In this document: positions 14,060 through 28,973 of the stretch, in pieces
Position numbering within the stretch: position 1 is the first letter of the stretch
Layout: every line of letters begins with the position of its first letter
Origin: Escherichia coli
GTDB taxonomy: Bacteria; Pseudomonadota; Gammaproteobacteria; Enterobacterales; Enterobacteriaceae
Reading direction: 5' to 3' (one strand)
DNA length: 64,000 nt
Assembly: GCF_003790525.1 (NCBI RefSeq)
Contig: NZ_CP033635.1
The notes under the pieces: generated by a model
What the model saw: only the letters and a program-made list of their open reading frames with translations
Told to the model about the DNA's origin: nothing
Database searches by the model: none
Made by a program: the position numbers and the translations under genes

Positions 14060-14944
14060 TTACTTTGCAATGAGATCGGGGTCAACTTCGCTTAACCTGC
14101 TTCGTTTTGACAGGTTGCCGGTCTTTCTTTTTTTCACTTTCGCCAGTTCTTCCGCAGAGTAATGCGACGCGACATCCAGCCGTCGAAGCCCCATTTTGAT
14201 GTACTCGCTGTTGATCTCAATACCAATGAATTTTCGCCCGCTGGCGGCGGCTACGGCACCGGTAGTAAAGCTACCGGCAAACGGGTCGAGAACGATATCG
14301 CCTGGGTTGGAAGAGGCGAGAATAATGCGTTTCAGTAAGGCTTCCGGTTTTTGCGTCGGGTGATTCTCATATTCATCCATCAAATAACGCACGCGCGGAA
14401 AATCCCAGACGTTACCCGGTACTTTTTGATGATTGTAAGGCTGTGGAGGATTTTTGCGATAATCGATCAACGCGCGCTGCGATCCGGTTTTGGCTTCTAC
14501 CAGAATAGCATCACCGTTGAACGTGTAGTTCTTTGCGTCTTTCACCATCATCAGGATGGGTTCGTACATGGAGCCGTAGTGTTTTTTCGCCTGCACTCCA
14601 GAACTGTCATATGACCAGACGATGCGACTTTTGATGGTAAAAAGCTTGCGGCACTGGAGATCGATAAAGGGCATGTTTTCCGTGCTGTTCATGATGTACA
14701 TGCTGCCCTGCTTTTTCAGAACGCGGTGGCACTCTGCAATCACTTCAAACAGCCAGTCGATAAACAGATCTTCTTTCCAGGCTTCGATCAGACCATCAAA
14801 ATTTTTACCGATGTTATACGGTGGGTCGGCAAAGATCAGATCTACACTATCGGCGGGGATCTTTTTAAGTTCGGTTAATGCATCACCCTGGATGATGGTC
14901 TTTGCTTCATTACCAAATCGGGTCGGTTCACATCCTGTTCTCAT
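14060..14944 (-). CDS. yhdJ: DNA adenine N6-methyltransferase (orphan)
   Basis: 294 aa with DPPY motif (FADPPYNIG) and SAM-binding region. Confidence 0.88.
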   Translation of the reverse strand: MRTGCEPTRFGNEAKTIIQGDALTELKKIPADSVDLIFADPPYNIGKNFDGLIEAWKEDLFIDWLFEVIAECHRVLKKQGSMYIMNSTENMPFIDLQCRKLFTIKSRIVWSYDSSGVQAKKHYGSMYEPILMMVKDAKNYTFNGDAILVEAKTGSQRALIDYRKNPPQPYNHQKVPGNVWDFPRVRYLMDEYENHPTQKPEALLKRIILASSNPGDIVLDPFAGSFTTGAVAAASGRKFIGIEINSEYIKMGLRRLDVASHYSAEELAKVKKRKTGNLSKRSRLSEVDPDLIAK

Positions 14945-15029
14945 GGTCACTCCCTTTGTGACACCTATAAAAAAGGCGCTTCCCCATGCCGAGTAGCGCC
15001 TTTTTAATCAAGCATTTAGCTAACCTGAA

Positions 15030-15326
15030 TTAGTTCATGCCGTATTTTTTCAATTTTTTACGCAGCGTACCACGGTTGATGCCCATCATCAGCGCAGCAC
15101 GGGTCTGGTTACCACGGGTGTATTGCATCACCATGTCCAACAGGGGCTGTTCTACTTCAGCCAGTACCAGCTCATAGAGGTCATTCACATCCTGACCGTT
15201 CAGTTGAGCAAAATAGTTCTTCAGTGCCTGTTTAACCGAGTCACGCAGGGGTTTTTGGGTTACCTGATCCTGAGAGTTAACGGTAGAAACGGTCAGTACG
15301 TCAGAATTTACGCGTTGTTCGAACAT
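15030..15326 (-). CDS. fis: nucleoid-associated protein Fis
   Basis: 98 aa [21 protein letters not shown]...GMN, recognised as Fis. Confidence 0.95.
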
Positions 15327-15351
15327 AGTTCTGTCAGCTCTTTATTTCTGT

Positions 15352-16317
15352 TTACGCAAAATTTTCGAAGTATGCCTCCAACGCCTCCAGCTGTTCGCTG
15401 GCATCCTCAATGGCGTTGAATGTGCGCCGAAACTGGTCATTTGGAGCGTGTTCCTGGAGATACCAGGAAACGTGTTTACGTGCAATTCGGTACCCTTTTG
15501 CCGGACCATAAAAGTCATGCAGTTCCCGAACGTGCGCGCAAAGCAAGCGCTTAACCTCTGCCAAAGGCAGCGGGGGCAGCAACTCCCCAGTGTCCAGATA
15601 ATGCTGGATTTCCCGAAAGATCCAGGGTCTTCCCTGAGCTGCGCGGCCTATCATCAGGGCATCGGCCCCTGTATAGTCGAGCACAGCTCTGGCTTTAAGC
15701 GGGTCAGTAATGTCGCCATTCGCGATAACCGGAATGGAAACTTTCTGCTTAACTGCCCGAATACTGTCGTACTCAGCTTCTCCATTGAACAAACAGGCGC
15801 GTGTACGGCCATGAATGGTCAGAGCCTGAATGCCACAGTCTTCAGCCAGTTGGGCAATCTCTTCGCAGTTACGGTGTTCCGGCGCCCAGCCGGTGCGAAT
15901 CTTCAGGGTAACAGGAACGTCCACTGCATTGACGACCTCGGTAAGGATCGATTTAACGACATCCGGGTACTGCAAAAGGGCTGAACCTGCGAGCTTGCGA
16001 TTCACTTTTTTAGCCGGGCAACCCATATTGATATCAATAATCTGGGCACCGCTTTCCACGTTAATACGTGCTGCATCTGCCATTTCTTTCGGATCGCTAC
16101 CAGCAATTTGCACGGTGCGAATACCGGGTTCATCAATGTGCACCATCCGTAAACGAGATTTGTCGCTTTCCCAAACCTGTGGGTTAGAAGACATCATCTC
16201 GGATACTGTCAATCCGGCTCCCATCTCGTAGCACAACGTCCGAAAAGGTCTGTCTGTAATGCCAGCCATGGGCGCTGCGATCAGGCGATTTCTGAGCTGA
16301 TATTGTCCGATGCGCAT
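15352..16317 (-). CDS. dusB: tRNA-dihydrouridine synthase B
   Basis: 321 aa Dus family, immediately upstream of fis in the same operon. Confidence 0.92.
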   Translation of the reverse strand: MRIGQYQLRNRLIAAPMAGITDRPFRTLCYEMGAGLTVSEMMSSNPQVWESDKSRLRMVHIDEPGIRTVQIAGSDPKEMADAARINVESGAQIIDINMGCPAKKVNRKLAGSALLQYPDVVKSILTEVVNAVDVPVTLKIRTGWAPEHRNCEEIAQLAEDCGIQALTIHGRTRACLFNGEAEYDSIRAVKQKVSIPVIANGDITDPLKARAVLDYTGADALMIGRAAQGRPWIFREIQHYLDTGELLPPLPLAEVKRLLCAHVRELHDFYGPAKGYRIARKHVSWYLQEHAPNDQFRRTFNAIEDASEQLEALEAYFENFA

Positions 16318-16640
16318 GAGTTAAGAAATGACCATACTGTGACTGCAAGGCGGCGTATATTACGCATTTTTTGCACGAGATGAAAGGCCAAACTTTGACC
16401 AATCCTCTGAGATGGATCAAAGAATTGCATTTAAAATGAGCGTGGCGCGATAATTACTCATAAAAATCATCATATTAGAAAATGTTGACTAAAATTTATA
16501 CTCAAAGAAATTTGAGTAAGTTCTCAATTTTTCTTTATGAATGAAAATTTTGGCACGCAAATTTGCGTAAATAATCGGCAAATTAACGTGCCTTTTGTGA
16601 CCTTGCTCGCACTTCGCCTTGCGTCACCATACGGCGATGC
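16318..16640 (-). promoter_or_regulatory. dusB-fis operon promoter and upstream AT-rich regulatory region
   Basis: AT-rich ~320 bp upstream of dusB; established knowledge that the fis promoter with multiple Fis/IHF sites lies here; individual sites not mapped. Confidence 0.5.
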
Positions 16641-16645
16641 GAAGG

Positions 16646-17527
16646 TTAATTCTTACGACCGGTAATGCGGCACCACTCTTCTTTTTCCACGACCGGGTCC
16701 AGAGCGAAGCTGTCGGCATAAGCTTCACAAACGCTCTCTGCCTGGCTTGCCAGAATACCGGAAAGGCCCAGCAAGCCACCTGAAACCGGCAGGACGCTGA
16801 TTAACGGTGCCAGTTCACGTAACGGGCCTGCGAGGATGTTAGCGACCACCACGTCGGCTTTCATCGCTTCTGGCTGATCTTTCGGTAAGTAGAGTTCCAG
16901 ACGGTCAGAAACGCCATTACGTTCGGCGTTGTCGCGGCTGGCCTGAATCGCCTGCGGATCAATATCAATACCAATGGCTTTTGCTGCACCCAGTTTCAGC
17001 GCCGCGATAGCCAGAATGCCGGAACCACAGCCAAAGTCGATGACCGTTTTACCGGTTAAATCGAGGCTGTCGAGCCATTGCAGGCACAGAGAGGTAGTTG
17101 GATGAGTCCCTGTACCAAACGCCAGACCTGGGTCTAACATCACGTTGACGGCGTTTTCGTCCGGCACATCACGCCAGCTTGGGCAGATCCATAGTCGTTC
17201 ACCAAAGCGCATCGGGTGGAAATTATCCATCCATTCGCGCTCCCAGTCTTTATCTTCCAGTTGTTCGATTTTATGCGCGAAGCCTGCGCCGAGCAGCGGA
17301 TGGTTTTCCAGAATCGCCACCACGTCGTTCATATCGGTTTCAGCGTCGAACAGACCAATCACATCGGTGTCGCCCCACAGGCGCGTTTCGCCCTGCAGCG
17401 GCTCAAACACAGGCGTATCGTGGGTATCCTGAAAAGTGATAGAAACGGCACCCGCTTCCATCAGCGCATCGCTAAGATCTTCCGCGTTCGCGCCGGTGGT
17501 GTTCAGTTTCAGTTGGATCCAAGGCAT
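16646..17527 (-). CDS. prmA: ribosomal protein L11 methyltransferase
   Basis: 293 aa, SAM-MTase motif [13 protein letters not shown]. Confidence 0.92.
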   Translation of the reverse strand: MPWIQLKLNTTGANAEDLSDALMEAGAVSITFQDTHDTPVFEPLQGETRLWGDTDVIGLFDAETDMNDVVAILENHPLLGAGFAHKIEQLEDKDWEREWMDNFHPMRFGERLWICPSWRDVPDENAVNVMLDPGLAFGTGTHPTTSLCLQWLDSLDLTGKTVIDFGCGSGILAIAALKLGAAKAIGIDIDPQAIQASRDNAERNGVSDRLELYLPKDQPEAMKADVVVANILAGPLRELAPLISVLPVSGGLLGLSGILASQAESVCEAYADSFALDPVVEKEEWCRITGRKN

Positions 17528-17538
17528 GGCAAAACTCT

Positions 17539-18990
17539 TTATTTATCAGTAGTCAAAACGGTAGCTTGCGGGACGGATGTACCGAAACGGTTTCCGACCA
17601 TGAAAGCCAGCAAACTTAGTAGTAACGAGGGCACGATAGGGTGGAAGCCCAGGTACTGAATATTCAGCGTCGCGAGTACGGCATACAGTACGCCGCCAAC
17701 AATCATCGCACTTAGCGCGCCTTTGGCGTTGGCGCGTTCCCAGTAAAGACCCAGTACCAGCGGCCACAGGAAAACGGCTTCCAGCCCACCGAAGGCCAGC
17801 AAATTCAGCCAGATGATCATTTCTGGCGGCTTCCAGGCGGCAAGCAGCAGCAACGCACCGAGAACCAACGTGATCACCGCCGACATCCGCTTCAGACGCG
17901 TCTCGTTTTGCATTTGATCCGGACGGATATTCAGATAGAGATCTTTAATGATCGTAGCGGAACTTTGCAGCAACTGGGCATTGATCGTCGACATGATCGC
18001 AGCCATAGGTGCAGCCAGGAAGATCCCGGCAGCAAACGGTGGCAGCACTTTTACCATTAACGTCGGGATCACCAGATCCGGTACGGTGAGATCGGGGATC
18101 ACCGCACGGCCTAACGCTCCGGCCAGGTGCATACCAAACATCAGGACTGCCACTACAATTGTCCCGATGATGATTCCCCGATGTACCGCTTTGCTGTCTT
18201 TATAAGAGATGCAGCGCACAGCGGTATGCGGCAGACCAATCACACCAAAGCACACCAGCACCCAGAACGATGTCATAAAGGCAGGCGACAGAATATCGTC
18301 AGCGCCTTGCGGAGTAACCAGTTGCGGATCGATGGTTTGCAACGTCTCTACTGCGTTGCTTAAGCCACCTGCGGCATGTACCACGCCAATAAGCAGCACA
18401 ATGGTGCCAATCAGCATCACCAGCCCTTGCATGGTGTCGTTCAGCACGCTGGCGCGAAAGCCACCAAAGGCGGTATACAACGCAATGCTGATACCGAAAA
18501 TCAGCAGCCCGGTTTCATAAGGGATACCCGCCGCAGTTTCCAGCAGACGCGCACCGCCGATAAACTGCACGGTCATCGCACCAACGAACGCAACCAGCAA
18601 ACTTAAACTCGCCAGCCACACCAGCAGACGACTCTGGTAGCGGGCAAACAGCATATCGTTCAGCGTCACCGCATTGTAGCGGCGCGCAAGAATTGCGAAC
18701 TTCTTGCCGAGAATACCGAGCGAAAGCCAGACTGCAGGAAGCTGAATCATCGCCAGCAATACCCAGCCCAGGCCGTATTTATAAGCAGCTCCAGGCCCGC
18801 CGATAAACGAACTGGCACTGATATAGGTCGCGGTGAGTGTCATCGCCAGCACAATACCGCCCATAGAACGGCTGCCGAGGAAATACTCATTGAGGAAGGT
18901 GCCGGTGTTCCGTTTACGCATTGCATAAACTGAAATCCCGAACACCACCACCAGATAGGCGACCAGCGGTAGAATCACTTCAAGCTGCAT
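17539..18990 (-). CDS. panF: sodium/pantothenate symporter
   Basis: 483 aa from [10 protein letters not shown]; SSS-family polytopic membrane protein. Confidence 0.9.
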   Translation of the reverse strand: MQLEVILPLVAYLVVVFGISVYAMRKRNTGTFLNEYFLGSRSMGGIVLAMTLTATYISASSFIGGPGAAYKYGLGWVLLAMIQLPAVWLSLGILGKKFAILARRYNAVTLNDMLFARYQSRLLVWLASLSLLVAFVGAMTVQFIGGARLLETAAGIPYETGLLIFGISIALYTAFGGFRASVLNDTMQGLVMLIGTIVLLIGVVHAAGGLSNAVETLQTIDPQLVTPQGADDILSPAFMTSFWVLVCFGVIGLPHTAVRCISYKDSKAVHRGIIIGTIVVAVLMFGMHLAGALGRAVIPDLTVPDLVIPTLMVKVLPPFAAGIFLAAPMAAIMSTINAQLLQSSATIIKDLYLNIRPDQMQNETRLKRMSAVITLVLGALLLLAAWKPPEMIIWLNLLAFGGLEAVFLWPLVLGLYWERANAKGALSAMIVGGVLYAVLATLNIQYLGFHPIVPSLLLSLLAFMVGNRFGTSVPQATVLTTDK

Positions 18991-19222
18991 CGTCATCCTC
19001 CAGCGGGATATCGCGATAGATAAATTTCACCATCGCCCAGCACAGTCCAATAAACAGCAGCGGCGTCAGGATGCAAGCCATCTCAAACCAGCGTGGAAAG
19101 CCGGTAAAACCGGGGGCAACGCCAGGTAAGTAAGCGGCTACTAACCATACCGCCAGATACAAAAGGGTCAGCCCCAGCGCCCAGCGCGCCTCTTTATGGG
19201 CCTGAACAAAACGAGTGTCCAT
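18980..19222 (-). CDS. yhdT: small membrane protein YhdT
   Basis: 80 aa, overlaps panF start by 11 nt. Confidence 0.85.
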   Translation of the reverse strand: MDTRFVQAHKEARWALGLTLLYLAVWLVAAYLPGVAPGFTGFPRWFEMACILTPLLFIGLCWAMVKFIYRDIPLEDDDAA

Positions 19223-19330
19223 TTTTTGTCCCTGATGGGTGAAGAAAGCGGGGATTGTACCTTATGGGGGTTGTCGATCCCCAGTAATAAAAAAGGCCGG
19301 AAAATCCGGCCTTTTGACGCTTTTGCAGTC

Positions 19331-20680
19331 TTATTTTTCCTGAAGACCGAGTTTTTTCTCCAGATAGTGGATGTTAGTGCCACCATGCTGGAAGTTCTCG
19401 TCATTCATGATGCGGATCTGCAGATCAACGTTGGTTTTGATACCGTCGATGATCAGCTCCTGCAGCGCATTCTTCATGCGGGCAATCGCCACGTCACGGT
19501 TTTCACCGTAGCAAATCAGCTTACCGATCATTGAGTCATAGTACGGCGGTACGGTGTAGCCCGCGTAGATATGAGACTCCCAACGTACGCCAAAACCGCC
19601 AGGTGCGTGGAAACGGGTGATTTTGCCCGGACTTGGCAGGAAGGTGTTCGGATCTTCGGCGTTGATACGACATTCCACCGCATGGCCGCGAACGTGAACT
19701 TCTTCTTGCTTGATCGACAGCGGTTGACCGGCAGCGATACGCAGCTGTTCTTTGATCAGGTCAACGCCGGTGATCATTTCAGTAACCGGGTGTTCTACCT
19801 GAATACGGGTGTTCATTTCGATGAAATAGAACTCGCCATTTTCGAACAGGAACTCGAAAGTACCTGCACCGCGATAGCCGATATCAACACATGCTTTAGC
19901 GCAACGTTCGCCGATGTAGCGACGCAGTTCCGGGGTAATGCCCGGTGCTGGTGCTTCTTCGACCACTTTCTGGTGGCGGCGCTGCATGGAGCAGTCACGT
20001 TCCGCCAGATAGATAGCGTTGCCCTGACCGTCAGCCAGTACCTGAATCTCGACGTGGCGAGGATTTTCCAGGTATTTCTCCATGTAAACCATATCGTTGC
20101 TGAAAGCAGCTTTCGCTTCCGCACGGGTCATGGAGATGGATTGTGCCAGTTCAGCGTCGCCGCGCACTACGCGCATACCGCGACCGCCGCCGCCGCCGGA
20201 GGCTTTGATAATTACCGGATAACCAATGCGTTTAGCAATGGCGCGGTTTTTATCCATATCGTCGCCCAGCGGGCCGTCAGAACCCGGTACGCAAGGAACG
20301 CCCGCTTTTTTCATCGCCGCGATTGCGGATACTTTGTCGCCCATCAGGCGAATGGTTTCTGCTTTCGGGCCGATGAAGATAAAGCCGGAGCGCTCAACCT
20401 GCTCGGCAAAGTTGGCGTTCTCGGAGAGGAAGCCGTAGCCCGGATGGATTGCTACTGCGCCGGTGATTTCAGCGGCGCTGATGATTGCCGGGATGTTCAG
20501 ATAACTTTTTACTGACGGAGCAGGGCCGATACAGACCGTTTCATCTGCCAGTAATACGTGTTTTAGATCGCGATCCGCGCTGGAGTGCACAGCGACAGTC
20601 TTGATGCCCAGTTCTTTACAGGCACGAAGAATACGCAATGCAATCTCGCCGCGGTTGGCAATAACAATTTTATCCAGCAT
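19331..20680 (-). CDS. accC: biotin carboxylase subunit of acetyl-CoA carboxylase
   Basis: 449 aa from [21 protein letters not shown]; ATP-grasp. Confidence 0.95.
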
Positions 20681-20690
20681 GTTCGCCTCG

Positions 20691-21161
20691 TTACTCGATG
20701 ACGACCAGCGGCTCGTCAAATTCTACCGGTTGTCCACTTTCGACCAGAATTGCTTTCACGGTACCGGATTTGTCCGCTTCGATCTGGTTCATCATTTTCA
20801 TGGCTTCAACGATGCACAGGGTATCGCCCACGTTGACTTTCTGACCCACTTCGATGAACGCTTTTGCGTCCGGGCTTGGGGTGCGGTAGAAAGTACCAAC
20901 CATCGGGGAACGTACGATGTGACCACTGATTTCCGCTGCTGCTGGCGCTTCCATGGAAGGAACGGTCGCCGGAGCGGCTGCGTTAGATTGAGCTGGCTGC
21001 TGCATCATTGGTGCAGCGTAAGCTTGTTGCATCACAGGGAAACTTGCGGCAGGAGCTGCACGGCTAATGCGTACTGACTCTTCGCCTTCAGAAATTTCCA
21101 GTTCGGAGATGCCTGATTCTTCAACCAGCTCGATCAGTTTTTTAATCTTACGAATATCCAT
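20691..21161 (-). CDS. accB: biotin carboxyl carrier protein
   Basis: 156 aa with biotinylation motif [10 protein letters not shown]. Confidence 0.95.
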
Positions 21162-21930
21162 GAGTGGGTTCCGTACTCTTTGTTTAGTGTGATTGTGACA
21201 GGCGTTTCACCGCCGTCTGTAAAGCGTATGCCCCGACAGCTGTATGCATAGCGATAAATTCCAGCAGGCCGGGACGCCGGTCTATTTTGCCCCAGAGTGT
21301 CAATGTTAGACTTGACGGACATTGTGCAGCGATCTGCTGCTATCCTCCGGCAAAAAACAAAATATACCTTCGTTGCGCCAATGTCACCTTTTCCGCAGCG
21401 CAAAAACTGCGTCAGGGAGGACGAGGTCGCACATTATAACGATTTCGTAGCAATTGGCAGCTAAATACTGGTCTTATCAGGGAAGATAATCAACAGCTAA
21501 CATGTAAATAACCTTCAACACCGTGTAATTTGCAACAAGCCGCACAATTCACGAAATTAGCGCCATCATCGACGGAACTTCTTATAACGTAAGGTGAAAA
21601 GCTGTAAAGCCAGCCCTGCGAAGATGAGGGGCTGCAATGAGATAATCTTCACAGACCACAAATAATGTAGGGATGCCAGGATCGCGACAAGATAGACGAC
21701 ATTACGCAGCGGTTGCTGGGGATTACCCAATTTTCACTGCATCGTCTGGATAGATGTGAATGCTAAAGCACGCAAAATCAACCGCCTGATAATGCTCAGC
21801 ATGAAATAGGTTTAAGTGGTTAATTTGTAATCAAATAAAATCAGATTATTCCCCCCATTTTGCAGAAGGTAAACTGTTTTGTCAGGCGGCAGTGCGGCTA
21901 TGTGATGCATTCAGAATTTGCCGCGTGACA

Positions 21931-21963
21931 ATAAAAAAGCCGATTTGGTGGCAAAATCGGCTT
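21931..21963 (-). terminator. rho-independent terminator downstream of the 276-aa ORF
   Basis: On minus strand GCCGATTT-loop-AAATCGGC hairpin followed by TTTTTT. Confidence 0.7.
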
Positions 21964-22026
21964 CGGTGAGTTTGCAGCATTCATCACATACTCCGACAAG
22001 CTTTTTCAAGCATGACGGAGGTTGCG

Positions 22027-22857
22027 TTAATGCAAGGTTTCTACCCAGGGATAAAAGTGACCGTTACGGCGGATGAATATCTGTGTTGTCAGAGGATGGT
22101 CATCCTCACGGAAGCATTGTTCTGTTAACTGTCGTAATGCGCTGAGATTTGCTGGCTGATCATTGTAGGTGAAAAACAGTTTTCCTCTGGAGGGAACAGT
22201 CACTAACAGGTCGCCGCATTCAGGATCGGGTGATTGCACCCAAAGATCGTCAATGAGCATCAGACTGGGCTCATAAGTACCCCCTGCGGAGATAACGGCA
22301 ACTTTTCCAGCGTTTGCGCCTGTATCAACGATTTCAGCCGAAACTTCCGGCAATATTTGCTTCAAATTATTGATGGCTTGTTCGCGGTCAATGGTCACTT
22401 CGTAGCGCATCAGATAGCGCATGGTTTCGCTACCATCTTCAGCAAACAAGATAATTAACTCATCGTTAAAGTCTTCCCAGGCAAAATCCAGCGAGGCGTT
22501 GAGGATCTCTGGATCAGATTCATACTGGCTAAGCTGTTGGCGAACGGTATCCAGCCAGGCTTTTTCTTTAATCACCGGAACAATACAGCGCCCGGTCGGC
22601 AGCATTTCTGCAAGCTGTTTCAGCATATCTGCAGCCACTTCTTCCAGCGGGTCTGGTGCGGCTTGATAACGTTTGTAGGCATCATCAAGAGTGATTTCCA
22701 CCGTTTGGTGACCCGTATCAATGCGCATCAATTTATGGTCAGTCGAAATCATGACTTTCCAGTTTGGATGATGTTGTACAACTTCATGACCAAGATGTTC
22801 GACGAAAGCTGTCCGGCTAACCGCTTTTCCCGTTAACCGATTGAATAATGATTTCAA
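22027..22857 (-). CDS. hypothetical protein, 276 aa, TTG start in the maximal ORF
   Basis: Uninterrupted ORF with GAGAGGGA Shine-Dalgarno 8 nt upstream of TTG; alternative in-frame ATG at codon 36; own terminator; no family recognised. Confidence 0.6.
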   Translation of the reverse strand: MKSLFNRLTGKAVSRTAFVEHLGHEVVQHHPNWKVMISTDHKLMRIDTGHQTVEITLDDAYKRYQAAPDPLEEVAADMLKQLAEMLPTGRCIVPVIKEKAWLDTVRQQLSQYESDPEILNASLDFAWEDFNDELIILFAEDGSETMRYLMRYEVTIDREQAINNLKQILPEVSAEIVDTGANAGKVAVISAGGTYEPSLMLIDDLWVQSPDPECGDLLVTVPSRGKLFFTYNDQPANLSALRQLTEQCFREDDHPLTTQIFIRRNGHFYPWVETLH

Positions 22858-22893
22858 AATGAGTTCCCTCTCTTATTAATCCTTGCTAAATGG

Positions 22894-23868
22894 TTAGTTA
22901 ACCTTCACCAGCGTGCGCCCCTGGATCTGGTTATTAATGATGGCCTCGGCAAACTTCGGTGCCTCTGCCAGAGATATCTCTTTTGCCGCCTGGGTATAGA
23001 ATGATTCCGGTAAATCGGCGACCAATCGCTGCCAGGCTTGTGCGCGGCGTGCTGGTGGCGTCATTACTGAATCCACCCCCTGTAAACGGACATTACGCAG
23101 AATAAATGGCATGACCGTGGTTGGCAGAGTAAAACCACCCGCCAGACCACAGGCCGCCACGCAGCCGCCGTAATTCATTTGCGCCAGCACTTTTGCCAGC
23201 ACTTTGTCGCCAACGGTGTCAATTGCCCCAGCCCAGACTTGTTTTTCCAGAGGACGGGATTCGGCAAACTCATCGCGAGGGAGAATACGGCTGGCACCTA
23301 AACTTTTCAGATATTCATGGGTACTTTCGCGACCGGAAACGGCAACGACCTGATAACCCAACTTATGCAGCAGCGCCACGGCGGTACTGCCGACGCCACC
23401 ACTGGCACCCGTCACGACAATCTCCCCATCCTGCGGGCGAACACCGGCATCTTCCAGCGCCATCACACACAACATGGCGGTAAAACCGGCAGTACCGATA
23501 ATCATTGCTTTACGCGCGTCCAGCCCTTGCGGCATGGCAACCAGCCAGTCACCTTTCACTCGCGCCTGTTCCGCCAGCCCACCCCAGTGGTTTTCACCAA
23601 CGCCCCAGCCAGTGAGTAACACCTCCTGACCGGCATGAAAACGCGGATCTTCGCTGGTGCGTACAGTTCCGGCAAAATCGATCCCAGGAATCATCGGAAA
23701 ATTACGGATGATTTTTCCCTTACCGGTAATTGCCAGCGCATCTTTGTAGTTCAGGCTCGACCAGTGAACATCAACCGTGACATCGCCCTCCGGCAGGCGA
23801 CTTTCGTCCAGAGTCTGTACCGATGCGAGAGTTTTGCCGTCCTGCTGTTCTAAAAGTAACGCCTGCAT
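22894..23868 (-). CDS. acuI: acrylyl-CoA reductase / MDR-family NADPH oxidoreductase
   Basis: 324 aa, recognised as YhdH/AcuI. Confidence 0.9.
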   Translation of the reverse strand: MQALLLEQQDGKTLASVQTLDESRLPEGDVTVDVHWSSLNYKDALAITGKGKIIRNFPMIPGIDFAGTVRTSEDPRFHAGQEVLLTGWGVGENHWGGLAEQARVKGDWLVAMPQGLDARKAMIIGTAGFTAMLCVMALEDAGVRPQDGEIVVTGASGGVGSTAVALLHKLGYQVVAVSGRESTHEYLKSLGASRILPRDEFAESRPLEKQVWAGAIDTVGDKVLAKVLAQMNYGGCVAACGLAGGFTLPTTVMPFILRNVRLQGVDSVMTPPARRAQAWQRLVADLPESFYTQAAKEISLAEAPKFAEAIINNQIQGRTLVKVN

Positions 23869-24019
23869 AAGTGGTCCTCATGTGCATGATGGATTGGAAA
23901 ATAATTTCTGAAGACTATACTCGCTAATGGAAAAGCAAAGCCGATGAAGCGCAATAAATTGCGAGATAAATCTGATTTGCTAGTATGCCCGCTTCCTCAC
24001 TATCGGAGTTAACACAAGG

Positions 24020-25960
24020 ATGAGATTAACGACGAAATTTTCGGCCTTTGTTACGCTGCTCACCGGGTTAACAATTTTTGTGACTTTGCTGGGCTGTTCG
24101 CTAAGTTTCTACAACGCCATTCAGTATAAGTTTAGTCATCGTGTTCAGGCGGTGGCGACGGCGATCGATACCCACCTGGTGTCGAATGACTTCAGCACAT
24201 TAAGGCCACAAATTACCGAATTAATGATGTCGGCAGATATCGTTCGTGTAGACCTGCTCCATGGTGATAAGCAGGTTTATACCCTGGCCAGAAATGGTAG
24301 TTATCGTCCGGTTGGCACCAACGATCTATTTCGTGAACTGAGCGTTCCGTTGATAAAGCATCCGGGGATGTCGCTGCGTCTGGTTTATCAGGATCCGATG
24401 GGCAACTATTTCCATTCGTTGATGACCACCGCGCCGCTCACGGGGGCGATTGGCTTTATCATTCTTATGCTCTTCCTGGCGGTACGCTGGTTACAACGGC
24501 AACTTGCCGGGCAAGAATTGCTGGAAACCCGGGCTACTCGTATCTTAAACGGTGAGCGTGGCTCTAATGTGTTGGGAACCATCTATGAATGGCCGCCCAG
24601 AACCAGCAGTGCGCTGGATACGCTGCTTCGTGAAATTCAGAACGCACGCGAACAACACAGCCGTCTTGATACGCTGATCCGCTCTTATGCCGCCCAGGAC
24701 ATGAAAACCGGCCTCAATAACCGACTCTTCTTCGATAATCAGTTAGCAACGTTACTGGAAGATCAGGAGAAAGTAGGTACCCACGGGATCGTGATGATGA
24801 TTCGTCTGCCGGATTTCAATATGTTGAGTGATACCTGGGGGCACAGCCAGGTTGAAGAACAGTTCTTCTCTCTGACGAATCTGCTGTCGACATTTATGAT
24901 GCGCTACCCTGGCGCACTGCTGGCGCGTTACCACCGCAGTGATTTTGCTGCGCTGTTACCGCACCGAACGTTAAAAGAGGCAGAGAGCATCGCCAGTCAG
25001 TTAATCAAAGCCGTCGATACCTTGCCGAACAATAAAATGCTCGATCGCGACGATATGATCCACATTGGTATCTGTGCCTGGCGTAGTGGTCAGGATACCG
25101 AGCAGGTAATGGAACATGCAGAGTCTGCCACGCGTAATGCGGGATTGCAGGGCGGCAATAGCTGGGCTATTTACGATGACTCGTTGCCTGAAAAAGGACG
25201 CGGTAATGTTCGCTGGCGTACGCTTATCGAGCAAATGCTGAGTCGCGGCGGCCCGCGCCTTTATCAAAAACCGGCGGTTACTCGCGAAGGTCAGGTTCAT
25301 CATCGCGAACTCATGTGCCGCATCTTCGATGGTAATGAAGAGGTTAGCTCGGCGGAGTATATGCCGATGGTCTTGCAGTTTGGCTTATCGGAAGAGTATG
25401 ACCGCCTGCAAATCAGCCGTCTGATTCCACTATTGCGTTACTGGCCGGAGGAAAATCTGGCGATTCAGGTTACCGTTGAGTCGCTGATTCGCCCGCGTTT
25501 TCAGCGTTGGCTGCGCGATACGTTAATGCAATGTGAAAGATCGCAACGAAAACGCATAATTATTGAACTTGCAGAGGCCGATGTAGGTCAACATATCAGT
25601 CGCTTACAACCTGTTATTCGTTTAGTGAATGCTTTAGGGGTACGGGTAGCCGTCAACCAGGCTGGTTTGACGCTGGTAAGCACCAGTTGGATCAAAGAAC
25701 TTAATGTTGAGTTACTCAAGCTCCATCCGGGGCTGGTCAGAAACATTGAGAAGCGAACGGAGAACCAGCTGCTGGTTCAAAGCCTGGTGGAAGCCTGCTC
25801 CGGGACCAGCACCCAGGTTTACGCCACCGGCGTGCGTTCGCGAAGCGAGTGGCAGACCCTGATTCAGCGCGGTGTTACAGGTGGGCAAGGGGATTTTTTC
25901 GCGTCCTCACAGCCACTTGATACTAACGTGAAAAAATATTCACAAAGATACTCGGTTTAA
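24020..25960 (+). CDS. csrD: RNase E specificity factor CsrD (degenerate GGDEF-EAL)
   Basis: 646 aa with N-terminal TM segments, recognised as CsrD/YhdA. Confidence 0.9.
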   Translation: MRLTTKFSAFVTLLTGLTIFVTLLGCSLSFYNAIQYKFSHRVQAVATAIDTHLVSNDFSTLRPQITELMMSADIVRVDLLHGDKQVYTLARNGSYRPVGTNDLFRELSVPLIKHPGMSLRLVYQDPMGNYFHSLMTTAPLTGAIGFIILMLFLAVRWLQRQLAGQELLETRATRILNGERGSNVLGTIYEWPPRTSSALDTLLREIQNAREQHSRLDTLIRSYAAQDMKTGLNNRLFFDNQLATLLEDQEKVGTHGIVMMIRLPDFNMLSDTWGHSQVEEQFFSLTNLLSTFMMRYPGALLARYHRSDFAALLPHRTLKEAESIASQLIKAVDTLPNNKMLDRDDMIHIGICAWRSGQDTEQVMEHAESATRNAGLQGGNSWAIYDDSLPEKGRGNVRWRTLIEQMLSRGGPRLYQKPAVTREGQVHHRELMCRIFDGNEEVSSAEYMPMVLQFGLSEEYDRLQISRLIPLLRYWPEENLAIQVTVESLIRPRFQRWLRDTLMQCERSQRKRIIIELAEADVGQHISRLQPVIRLVNALGVRVAVNQAGLTLVSTSWIKELNVELLKLHPGLVRNIEKRTENQLLVQSLVEACSGTSTQVYATGVRSRSEWQTLIQRGVTGGQGDFFASSQPLDTNVKKYSQRYSV

Positions 25961-26138
25961 CCTGCCGTTTAATCCGTTTTCACGTAGAATAACGCGCGCT
26001 GCGTCTCATGGGAGTGTGCTTGTCTGCTCGCCAGATTGTTGCAGCACATATGCAGATGAATGACCTTACGCGGTTGCAAACAGGCGAGGAATGCTGCTGA
26101 TGCATTAAGCCTTTCTGGACTCAGGCAGAGATTTGTAA

Positions 26139-27308
<1,170 letters not shown>

Positions 27309-27373
27309 TCGGATGCAGGCAGGGGAAGCGTCTGTTTACCCTGCCTGGTCTGATACGAGAATACGCATAACTT

Positions 27374-28965
<1,592 letters not shown>

Positions 28966-28973
28966 AGGTTTCT

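Noticed and set aside
19571-20515. 314-aa plus-strand ORF antisense to accC
   Set aside because: Overlaps the conserved accC coding region on the opposite strand; typical antisense shadow frame.
21134-21403. 89-aa minus-strand ORF overlapping the accB start and leader
   Set aside because: Overlaps the accB 5' end and known long leader region; no ribosome-binding site; likely spurious.
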